From contig CM059441.1 of NCBI GenBank assembly GCA_030390025.1, positions 62,558,001-62,622,000 of the forward strand: DNA of 64,000 bases. The letters are read 5' to 3'. The stretch is from Squalus acanthias. Lineage: Eukaryota. The notes beneath the pieces were generated by a model. That model saw only the letters and a list, made by a program, of their open reading frames with translations. It ran no database searches and had not been told where the DNA came from. A program made the translations under genes and the position numbers. Position 1 is the stretch's first letter; each line of letters starts with the position of its first letter. Shown piece by piece: positions 13,326-23,671 of this stretch.

Positions 13326-14269
13326 GAGAAAACATCACTTTGTTGAAATGAAGAAACTTAGTCTTGTGTTGTAAGAAAACTCTTAACCCTTTGTGTCCTG
13401 ACACTGTGACAATGTTCCAGTGTACATCTGGGCAGCCGTTGACATGGAGTTTCGATTCAATGCTAACTCCAGGGGACGAAGGGTTTCTTCTGAAAGTACG
13501 GATGTTGCCCAGAACCCTTGGAAAATGTGAGAGAGAGTGGAGAATGTGAACGAGGGAGAGAGGGTGAGAGGGAGTACATAGGAGGAGAAAGGAAAGGGTG
13601 AACGAGAGGTGGAAAGAGGAAGGGGTCGAGTGAGACAGGTAGGAGAGCCTGCAATCCTAATTCCAAGACCACGGCTGGGAATAAAACACCTCAAAAGCCA
13701 CTTTGCGTGCTAGCTTCACAATGTCTTGCTTGGTTCTCTAGCAGTTGCTGTGTTAGCATTGAGAATGTGGCCAGAATTTTAAGTTGGAGGTGGGTAGAGA
13801 CCGGGGAGGGGGGCTGGAATGCATGCGGGATACCCAGGAGAACAGGTTTCCCTCAGGCCCAGCCAAATTTAATGGCAGGGCCTGATTAGCTTTTTGATCC
13901 TCTGTTTCCCGCCTGCGACCAGTCAGATTGGGAGGCTGGCAGTCGGGCAAGTCCCAGAGAGGAGGGAGGGAGGGATCGGTGGGGGGTAGCACTGTTCCCC
14001 CCAAGCTGCGCCACTGTGTGTCCGTGCAGTTAGCTCCAGGCTGCCGCGCGCCAGGCATTGCAGGCCGCGCTGTCCCGCACGAGCAGGCTCCAGTGCGCAG
14101 GCGCTCTTTTCAATCGCGTCCCACAGGCTCGTTCTTCAGGCCCTCAGGAGCGGTCTTCGGTGACTGCGCACTGGGCCCATCTCGGAGCCTGCGCACTGGA
14201 AGCTGCTACAGGCCTGAGCCCTGAGGAACTGAGAATGTGAACGGCTACCGAATGATGATACAGGGCTGA

Positions 14270-14469
14270 NNNNNNNNNNNNNNNNNNNNNNNNNNNNNNN
14301 NNNNNNNNNNNNNNNNNNNNNNNNNNNNNNNNNNNNNNNNNNNNNNNNNNNNNNNNNNNNNNNNNNNNNNNNNNNNNNNNNNNNNNNNNNNNNNNNNNNN
14401 NNNNNNNNNNNNNNNNNNNNNNNNNNNNNNNNNNNNNNNNNNNNNNNNNNNNNNNNNNNNNNNNNNNNN
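14270..14469. other. Assembly gap (200 N) at the palindrome axis
   Basis: Run of 200 n, probably a placeholder size. Confidence 1.
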
Positions 14470-14610
14470 CCACCCGGTCTCGCCCCACCCTCCCCCACCC
14501 GGTCTCGCCCCACCCTCCCCCAACCGGGTCTCGCCCCACCCAGTCTCTCCCCCACCCAGTCTCTCCCCACCATTCCCCTGCAGTCTCTCCCCATCCTCCT
14601 CCCTCCCTGA
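14470..14610. repeat. C-rich tandem repeat (CCGGTCTCGCCCCACCCTCCCCCA-like), G-quadruplex-prone on the minus strand
   Basis: Repeated C4-5 runs abutting the gap. Confidence 0.8.
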
Positions 14611-15581
14611 GGCTTAGACCCATAGCGGGTTCCAATGTGCAGGCGCTCTTTATATGCGCATCGCCAACCGCGACAACTCTCAGCCCTGTATCATCATTCG
14701 GCAGCCGTTCACATTCTCAGTACCTCAGTACCTCAGGCCTGTAGCGGCTTCCAGTGCGCAGGCTCGGAAATGGGCTCAGTGCGCAGTCACCGAAGACCGC
14801 TCCTGGGGGCCTGAAGAACGAGCCTGTGGGACGCGATTGAAAAGAGCGCCTGCGCACTGGAGCCTGCTCGTGCGGGACAGCATGGCCTGCAACGCCTGGC
14901 GCGCGGCAGCCTGGAGCTAACTGCACGGGCACACACTGGCGCAGCTTAGGGGGAACAGTGCTAGCCCCCACCGATCACCGATCCCTCCCTCCCTCCTCTC
15001 TGGGACTTGCCTGACTGCCAGCCTCCCAATCTGGCTTGTCGCAGGCGGGAAACAGAGGATCAAAAAGCTAATCAGGCCTTGCCATTAAATTTGGCTGGGC
15101 CTGAGGGAAACCTGTTCTCCTGGGTATCCCGCATGCATTCCAGCCCCCCTCCCCGGTCTCTACCCACCTCCAACTTAAAATTCTGGCCACATTCTCAATG
15201 CTAACACAGCAACTGCTAGAGAACCAAGCAAGACATTGTGAAGCTAACGCAAAGTGGCTTTTGAGGTGTTTTATTCCCAGCTGTGGTCTTGGAATTAGGA
15301 TTGCAGGCTCTCCTACCTGTCTCACTCGACCCCTTCATCTTTCCACCTCTTGTTCACCCTTTCCTTTCTCCTCCTATGCTCTCTCTCTCTCCCTCGTTCA
15401 CATTCTCCACTCTCTCTCACATTTTCCAAGGGTTCTGGGCAACACCTGCACTTTCAGAAGAGACCCTTCCTCCCCTGGAGTGAGCATTGAATCGAAACTC
15501 CATGTCAATGGCTGCCCAGATGTACACTGGAACAGTGCCAGGACACAAAGGGTTAACAGTTTTCTTACAACACAAGATGAA

Positions 15582-16066
15582 GGGGGAAAAATTCAGTATC
15601 GCCCCGTTTGGGGCGCAATTATCAGCCTGGCGCTAATTATCGCCTCCGACTGCAAACTTGACTTTTATCGCCCCTGGAGGTGATTGGAGCTCTAAATCAG
15701 GCGCTACACATCTGTCTTAAGGCGCAAAGGCCAAGGAGCGAGGCGCCAACTCAGAGCACTGGCGAAGCTCATGTGATGTGAGTCAGCAATGGAACACAGA
15801 CACAATGGCGCCGGCCAGTTCTTAAAGGGGAGGGTTGATCTTGCTTTCCATCCACATCCTGCTCATTGCAGCCTTGAATCTCGGCCTGGAGAGACCTGTA
15901 CATCAAATCTGCTGGAAAGAACAATGGAGAGTACCAGGGAAAGAGCTCAGAGTGCAACCCCCACAGTCTCTTCTAAATCGATACAAGGAAGGGCAAATCA
16001 AAATGAACCTGCAAAGTGCTGCTCAGTATCCAAAACTCCTTCACACAGCGTTGAATCTCTCCAGAA

Positions 16067-16107
<41 letters not shown>

Positions 16108-16474
16108 AATGCGTGGTTCAAAAATCTCACCAACAAAAAAAGGCAGGAAGCGGTCGCCTTTAAATAGCGCTTTTCCAGTCTCTTCCTGACTGCAAAATGC
16201 TCCCCTCAACCTGTCGTTGCTAGTGGCAGGCGGTAAGGTGGGGGCGCCACTCAATATCCGCTCCGGGGCGCTACCGAGGCGTTGCGCACTCGACTGACGT
16301 CAGGATCTGCCGGCACAGGAGATCATGGCGATAGTGTGTAGCGCCACCACAAAATGTCTAGTTAATTTCGCGAGCGGCGCAAACATCGCCACGCCCGGGC
16401 GCTAGTTGCTTTGTGCTCCATTAGCGCCCTCTTAAGGCGCTAACGGGAGACGCAACCAACTGAATTTTTCCCCC
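15582..16474 (+). mobile_element. MITE family A copy, right arm only, with internal (CT)n expansion
   Basis: TIRs GGGGGAAAAATTCAGT...ACTGAATTTTTCCCCC; absent at the mirror site ~13358 and at paralog ~50112; no clean TSD. Confidence 0.88.
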
Positions 16475-16509
16475 AACGTTTCTTCATTTCAACAAAGTGA
16501 TGTTTTCTC

Positions 16510-16666
16510 ACTAGTTCCCCTCTTCCTGATTTGACTCACAGTGACACATCAACACTTTCTCATTAAATACACAGAGGGAGCAGCACAGGAAGAGGCCAGT
16601 CAGCCCAAGCAGTGTGTGTCAACGGTTACTCCCGAGACGAGCAGTCGGACAGGTCGCTGGGTAAGT
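16510..16666 (+). promoter_or_regulatory. Promoter + non-coding exon 1, unit B
   Basis: CTTCCTG 16522, TGACTCA 16532, ATTAAATA ~16562, donor GTAAGT 16661. Confidence 0.65.
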
Positions 16667-19600
16667 AACGCAATGATTGTAATTCACTTCCACGACCAAC
16701 GTCATCTTTTGTTGGTTTTGTGACTTTATAAAGACTGATTCCAATGATTGATGCCTTCTATTTGTTAAAGGCAAATCGTGTTTAACCAACTTGATCGAGT
16801 TTTTTGATGAGGTAACAGAGAGGATTGACAAGGGCAATGCGGTCGATGTTGTGTACATAGATTTCCAAAATGCGTTCGACAAAGTGCCACATAATAGGCT
16901 TGCCAGCAAAGTTGAAACCCATGGAATAAAAGGGACAGTGGCTGCATAGATTAAAAATTGGCTAAGTGACAGGAAACAGAGAGTAGTGGTGAACGGTTGT
17001 TTTTCGAACTGGAGGAAGGTATACAGTGTTGTTCCCCAGGGGTCAGTTCTAGGACCACTGCTTTTCTTGATATATATTAATGTCTTGGATGTGTGTGTAC
17101 AGGGCACAATTTCAAAATTTGCAGATGACACAAAACTTGGAAATATAGTGAACCGTGAGGAAGATAGTTATAGATTTCAAGAAGACTTAGACAGGCTGAT
17201 GAAATGGGCGGACACGTGGCAGATGAAATTTAACGCAGAAAAGTGTGAAGTGATACATTTTGTTAGAAAGAAGGAGGAGAGGAAATATAAAATGAGAAAG
17301 CAGTTAAAAAAGCTTACGGGATCCTGGGATTCATGAATAGAGGTGTAGAGTACAAAAGCGCGGAAATTATGATGAACATGTATAAAACACTGGTTCGGCC
17401 TCAACTGGAGTATTGTGCACCGCACTTTAGGAAGGATGTGAAGGCCTTAGAGAGGGTGCTGAAAAGATTTACGAGAATGATTCCAGGGATGAGGGACTTC
17501 AGTTACGTGGATAGACTGGAGAAGCTGGAGTTGTTCTGCTTAGAGCAGAGAAGATTGAGAGGAGATTTGATAGAGGTGTTCAAAATCTTGAGGGGTCTGG
17601 ACAGAGTAGATAAAGAGAAACTGTTCCCATTGGCAGAGGGGTCGAGAACCAGAGAACACAGATTTAAGGTGATTGGCAAAAGAATCAAAGGCGACATAAG
17701 AAAAAACATTTTTACGCAGCGAGTGGTTATGATCTAGAAAGCACTGCCTGAAAGGGTGGTGGAGGCAGACTCAATCACAGCTTTCAAAAGGGAATTGGAT
17801 AAGTACCTGAAAGAGAAGAAATTGCTGGACTACGGGGAAAGGGCGGCGGAGTGGGACTAGCTGAGGTGCTCTTGCAGAGAGCCAGCACGGGCTCGATGGG
17901 CTGAATGACCTTCTTCCGTGCTGTAACCATTCTATGACTCTATGATAAAGATTGCTACTTATTATTGAGATCTGTGCTTAGGGCTCAAGTCTGCCATTTT
18001 GGACATCTTTCTGGTTCGAGGGATGATGGAAGTCCAGCGATTTGAGCTCCATATTCGAGGCCGAGACTCCCAGTACAGTACTGCGGGACCTTTCGCTGCA
18101 CTGTTGGGGGGGCAGTACTGAGGGAATGCTGCACTGTCAGAAGTGCCATCATTCAGATGAGAACTTAAACCGAGTCCCCGTCTGCATTTATATACCCCTT
18201 CTCTCCCTCCTTACCTCATTCACTCATTCCTATCTTTCTTCCTTCCTACCCTCTGGATTCTGGAATTGTCCCCTTGGATTGGAAATGTCGCTCCATTATT
18301 TAAGAAGGATAAGAGAGATAAACTTGACGATTATATGCCTATTCGTCTAATGTCTGGTGTGGGGAAGTTACTAGAATCTGTTATTAGGGACAGAGTGACT
18401 GAGCATTTGGACAAACAGGAGCTGATCAGAGAGAGCCAACATGGATTAGTCATGTTGGTAAAGGGTAAGTCATGTCTAACGAACCTGGTTGATTTTATTG
18501 AGGTCACTTACACAGTAGATAAGGGAGTGTCTATGGATGTTATTTATATGGACTTCCAGAAGACATTCGATAAGGTTCCATATAAGAAACTCTTAACAAA
18601 AATGTGTGCATGGAATTGGATGCAACCAGTTGACATGGGTATGGAATTGGTTACGCGGTAGTAGACAGAGAGATGGGATAATGGGTATGTACTCAAATTG
18701 GCAGAATGTGACTAGTGGTGTCTCCCATGGATCTGTACTGGGGACTCAGCTTTTCACATTATTTATAAATGGGTTAGTCAAAGGAATAGAGAGCCATATA
18801 TCCAAGATTGCTGATGACATAAACTTAAGTGGCACAGTAAATAGTGTAGATGGGAGCAGAAAGTTGCAAAGGGACATTGATAGATTAAGTGAGCGGGCAA
18901 TACTGTGGCAGATGGAGTTCAATTTGGGGAAGTGTGAGGACATCCACTTTAGACCTAAGAAAGAGAAATCAGATTATTTTCTAAACGGTGAGAAGCTAGG
19001 AACTGTGGATGAACAGAGAGATTTAGGGGTCCAAGCACAGAAATCACTAAAATCAAGTGGACAGGTACAAAAAATATTTTAAAAGGTTACTGGAATGTTG
19101 GCCTTTATCTCAAGGGGGCTGGAATACAAAGTGATAGAGGTTATGTTACAGTTATATAAAGCTCTGATTAGACCCCATCTGGAGCATTGTGTTGAGTTCT
19201 GGGCACCGCACCTCAGGAAGGAGGGGGTGCAGCGCAGATTCACCAGAATGATACCGGGGCTAAAAGGGTTAAATTATGAGGACAGGTTAGAAAGACTAGG
19301 CTTGTATTCCTCGAGTATCGAAGATGAAGGGATGATCTAATAGAGGTGTTTAAGATTGTTAAAAGATATAATAGGGTAGATATAAATCATTTCCTTTGGT
19401 GGGAGAGTCCAGAACAAGGGGAGATAAATTTAAAATTAGAGCGAGGTCATTCAGGGGTGATGCCAGGAAGCACTTCTTCACACATAGGGTAGTGGAAATC
19501 TGGAACTCTCTGCCGCCAAAATGCTGTTGAGGCTGGGGGTCAATTGAAAATATCAAAAATGAGATGGCATAAGTTTTTTGTTAGCCAAGGATATTAAGGG

Positions 19601-19832
19601 TTACGGAACCGAGGCAGAATGATGGAGTTAAGATACAGATCAGTCATGGTCTAATTGAATAGTGGAACAGGCTCGAGGGGCTGAATGGCCTCCTCCTGTT
19701 CTTATATTCCAACTCTGTTCAGAATCAAGAATCATTGGCAGCAAATACAGGTGGAATTTTCTAATTGGACTCAAAGATACCAAATACAGATCATGCTGAT
19801 TGTCTCTCTGCTCATTTCCTTTTCTATTACAG

Positions 19833-19940
19833 AAGAAAAAGGAGGAAATCAAATCTAACCGCCGCATCAATTCATATCAAGATCATGATATTTACGAAAA
19901 CTGCAAGTTTGACGAGAGTCCTGTGTATGCAAATGTATGA
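19833..19940 (+). CDS. Terminal cytoplasmic exon, unit B: KKKEEIKSNRRINSYQDHDIYENCKFDESPVYANV*
   Basis: Same acceptor, in-frame 9-bp deletion relative to unit A, TGA at the same codon. Confidence 0.75.
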   Translation, partial: KKKEEIKSNRRINSYQDHDIYENCKFDESPVYANV

Positions 19941-20785
19941 TCTGAGCAAGAATGAGAAACACGCACTCCAGGAACAGCACAGAAGAAGAGAATCAATTCG
20001 AAACTCCACTTTATCTTCCTAGAAACCACAGGACTTTGATCCCGACCCCCCAAAAATTAGTTCTAAACTTCTTGACATAATCTGATGCAGTTTTGTAGAG
20101 CTGATGTTATCTCACAAAGTTGAATGATGATACAGCCCAGATCATTCTCACTGGGTTTAGTTGCGTACGTCCTCCTTCAGGATTGCCCCTCACTGTTGGA
20201 GTCATCCTTCTCTCCATTGTGATTATAAATGTCTTTAGGTATTGATAGACAATCCACCAGGATAGTGGTGGATTCAATCCCGTGTGTGTGTGCTTGAGGC
20301 AATTTTAATTTTGTGATTAACTCTCCTGTCTGTGAATGTTTACAGCATAGTCCTAACCAAGTGTAGACTCCAGGGGAAGCAGGGTTAGAGGATAATTGGA
20401 CCAGGGCAGATCAGTATAATTTACTGTACTCGCTATTTTAAAGTCATGCATTCTTCCGCTTATTTTCTTGTAATACTTTGATTTTATATTAACATTCATA
20501 GTTAAACAGCAAAACTAACAGCAATGTGGGAAGCAGGGATGCAGAGTTGGAGAATTGGGAGATTCTCTGCAGTACAGACTGAGGAATGGGGAGACATGAA
20601 ACAGGCTCTACAGCGCCACCACTGATGGAAGGGTGTAATTACAACGTGACATGTTTACATAGGCAGTTCCCATTGTAAATGTGGATGGAGGAAATTCTGA
20701 CGTGAAAGGTTGCTTGCAGATGTAAGATTTTTATAATATCCTAGATGGATGAAACAGCTTTGATTACAGAATGAACTACAGCTAC

Positions 20786-20791
20786 AATAAA
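20786..20791 (+). terminator. Candidate polyadenylation signal (paralogs 8871-8876 minus, 52360-52365)
   Basis: AATAAA ~850 nt after the stop, conserved in all three copies near the end of the shared non-repeat block. Confidence 0.6.
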
Positions 20792-20837
20792 CAACTATTT
20801 TAGTCTTTCAATCTTTGAAAGTACAATTATTGTCCGC

Positions 20838-21185
20838 CAAGGTGGCTCAGTGGATGGGAGGAACCATGCTGTATAACACAGAATAGAGGCCAAGATCCTC
20901 GATCCTCGTACTGGTCTGTGTTCGGTTAAAAATCGCAACCAGGTCCATCAGTCAAGCGGTGGGAAAATAAGTAACGCTCCTGCTCTGAATCTGTAACCGC
21001 TAATTCCCTCTGTTAAGCTCGGGTTGAGTGTGGACAGATTTGGTTTCAAGGGTGCTGCCCTTCATGATCAAACAGCCCATTTGTCTGCGAACACTTGCAG
21101 AATGGCTACCTGGTTAGGCACCGTGCCCTGCTGCACCTGTGGAACTGGACCCAAGTATCAGTCACTGCCTTAAGAGCTGGAGAAT
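20838..21185 (+). mobile_element. Old tRNA-derived SINE-like element (mirror ~8480-8825; paralog ~52415-52675)
   Basis: A-box-like TGGCTCAGTGG, degenerate B-box, three paralogous copies; family not identified. Confidence 0.4.
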
Positions 21186-23671
21186 ACTAACGTAACTAAG
21201 ATCTACAAAGAACTAAGGTGGCTATTGTAGCAGAAAATCACGGAATGGATACATGTCCAATCACGTTGAGAATAAGGTTCAGGGAGAACATTCTCCATTT
21301 GCTACGTGTGCGTGACATTCGAAACGGAGCACTCCTGGAGTGCACCAGGAGTGGTGCAGCAGAATTTCTATCAACGAAGCTACTGCTGGCACTGAATCCA
21401 AACACAACAGCCCCCATTTGGGCATTGAGTGGCACCAATTTGTGGCTTGGTTCCGAGAGGTCACAAAGATTGGCTGTGACGCCAATTGGCTTGGCACAAG
21501 ACAAGTTTGCTCTTCTTGGGTTTTCTTTAAATTAATTCTCGGGTTGTGGGCATTGCTGGCAAGGCTGGCATTTATTGCCCATCCCTAGTCGCCCCTTGAG
21601 AAGTTGCTGGTGGGCCGCCTTCTTGAACTGCTGCAGTCTGTGTGGTGAAGGTGCTCCCACAGTGCCATTAGCTAGTGAGTTCCGGGATTTTGATCCAGCA
21701 ACGATGAGGGAATGGCTGATATATCATCAAGTTGGGATGGTGTGTGTGTGTTACTTGGAGGGAAACTTGGAGGTGATGGTGTTCCCATGCGCCAGTTGCC
21801 CTTGTCCTTCTAGGTTGTGTGAGGTTAAGGAACATTTCTGAAGCAGAATTGTAAGAGCTTTACTCCCAATCTGGCTACTTGCCTTTAAGTGATTTGGAAG
21901 TTCACTGTGAGCCAGATATTTGGACATTCCACCAGAGACAAGGAGCCTCACTGGTTGGAGGCAAGGGTGTAAAAGTGGATGAGCGAGGGATTTTGCAATG
22001 TGTTAAATGAGCACAGTGAGTTCATTCTGAAGAAAATATTACAGTAATGGCTGTTGTTGTTTCAGCTGTTGTTGAGATCTGGGGGTTTATGTTGTCTACT
22101 TCTGCATTGAACATCCTGCAAACATTAAGGCAGCATTTGACTGAGTGTGGAGCCCTAGTAGAATTGATGTCAATGCGAATCAGGGGGAGAACTCTTCACT
22201 GGCTGAAGTCATACCGAGCACAAAGAAAGATGGTTGTGGTTGTTAGAGGCCAATCATCTCAGCCCCAGGTCATTGCTGCAGAGTTCCTCAGGGCGGTGTC
22301 CTAGGCCCAACCATCTTCAGCTGCTTCATTCATGATCTTCTCTCCAGCATAAGGTCAGAAGTGGGGATGTTTACTTCGGATTGCACTGTGTTCAGTTCCA
22401 TTCGCAACTCCTCAGATAATGAAGCAGTCTATGCCCGCATGCAGCAAGATTTGGACGAGATTCAGGCTTATATGTGGCAAGTAATATTTGTGCCACAGAA
22501 GTGCCAGTCAATGACTATCTCCAACAAGAGAGAGTCTAACTACTGCCCCTTAACATTCAATGGCATTACCATCACCGAATCCCCCAGCATCAACATCCTG
22601 GGGGTCAACATTGACCAGAAACTTAACTGGACCAACCACATAACTACTTTGGATGCAAGAGCAGGTCAGAGGCTGGGAATTTTGAGGCGAGTATCTCACC
22701 TCCTGACTCCCCAAACCCTTTCCACCATCTACAAGGCACAAGTCAGGAGTGTGATGGAATACTCGCCACTTTCCTGAATGAGTGCAGCTCCAACAATACT
22801 CAAAAGATTTGACACCATCCAGGACAAAGCAGTCTGCTTGATACGCACCCAATCCACCACCTTAAACATTCACTCCCTCCAAGACCGGCGCACTGTGTCT
22901 GCAGTGTGTACCATCTACAAAATGCCCTGCAGCAACTTGTCAAGACTTCTTCTACAGCATCTCCAAACCCTCAACCTCTACGACCGAGAAGGACAAGGGC
23001 AGCAGGTGAATGGGAACACCATCACCTCCAACTTCCCCTCCAAGTCATACGCCATCATGACTGGGAAATATATCGCCATTCCTTCATTATCGCTGGGTCA
23101 AAATCCTGGAACTCCCTCCCTAACAGCACTTTGGGAGTACCTTCACCACACAGACTGTAGCGGTTCAAGAAGGCAGCACACCACCACCTTCTCAAGCGCA
23201 ATTAGGGATAGGCAATAAATTCTGGCTTTGCCAGCAAAGCCTACATCCCATGAACGAATAAAACTTTTGAGTTCCTCACATATTTCTGGCATTTCGTTGA
23301 ACTTTAGTTACCTCACAGGAACTGGAGAAGGCCCAATCTGCCCCTGGATCCTGTTGAATTGGAGGAGGCCCATTCAGCCCCTTGAGTCTGTTACATAGGA
23401 ACAAGATAAGGCCATTCAGCCCCTCGAGCCTGTTACATAGGAACAGGAGGAGGCAATTCAGCCACTCGAGCCTGTTGCATAGGAACAGGGTAAGGGCTTT
23501 CAGCCCCTTGAGACTGTTACATACGAATAGGGTGAGGCCATTCAGCCCCTGAAGCCTGTTGCATATGAACAGGAGGAGGCCCATTCAGCCCCTCGAGCCT
23601 GTTGCATACGAACAACAAAAACAACAACTTGTATTTATATTGCGTTTTAATGTAGTAAAACTTCCCAAGGC

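Larger units (their letters stand above)
1..14269 (-). repeat. Left arm of giant inverted duplication (reverse complement of 14680-30656; runs off the window start)
   Basis: 1-297 is the reverse complement of 30360-30656, and 14230-14269 of 14680-14719. All intervening LINEs, exons and promoter appear in mirror order, with mirrored ORF pairs such as 10586-11062/18606-19082. Confidence 0.97.
13769..15188. mobile_element. GC-rich fold-back-like central element: MITE-like ends, ~500-bp inverted halves, gap and C-rich tandem repeat
   Basis: GGCCAGAATTTT at 13769 and its complement ending 15188; not present at the homologous position of unit D (~49716). Confidence 0.55.

Noticed and set aside
14250-14269. 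C/D-box snoRNA (ATGATGA..CTGA)
   Set aside because: The boxes are only a few bases apart and no terminal stem is seen.
19765-20022. Track ORFs 19765-20022 and 9637-9903 as genes
   Set aside because: They read through the splice acceptor in a different frame; the phase-0 tyrosine-motif frame is better supported.
20609-20630. CTCF site (CAGCGCCACCACTGATGG)
   Set aside because: Only half the motif fits and the spacing is off; the paralog at ~52185 is degenerate.
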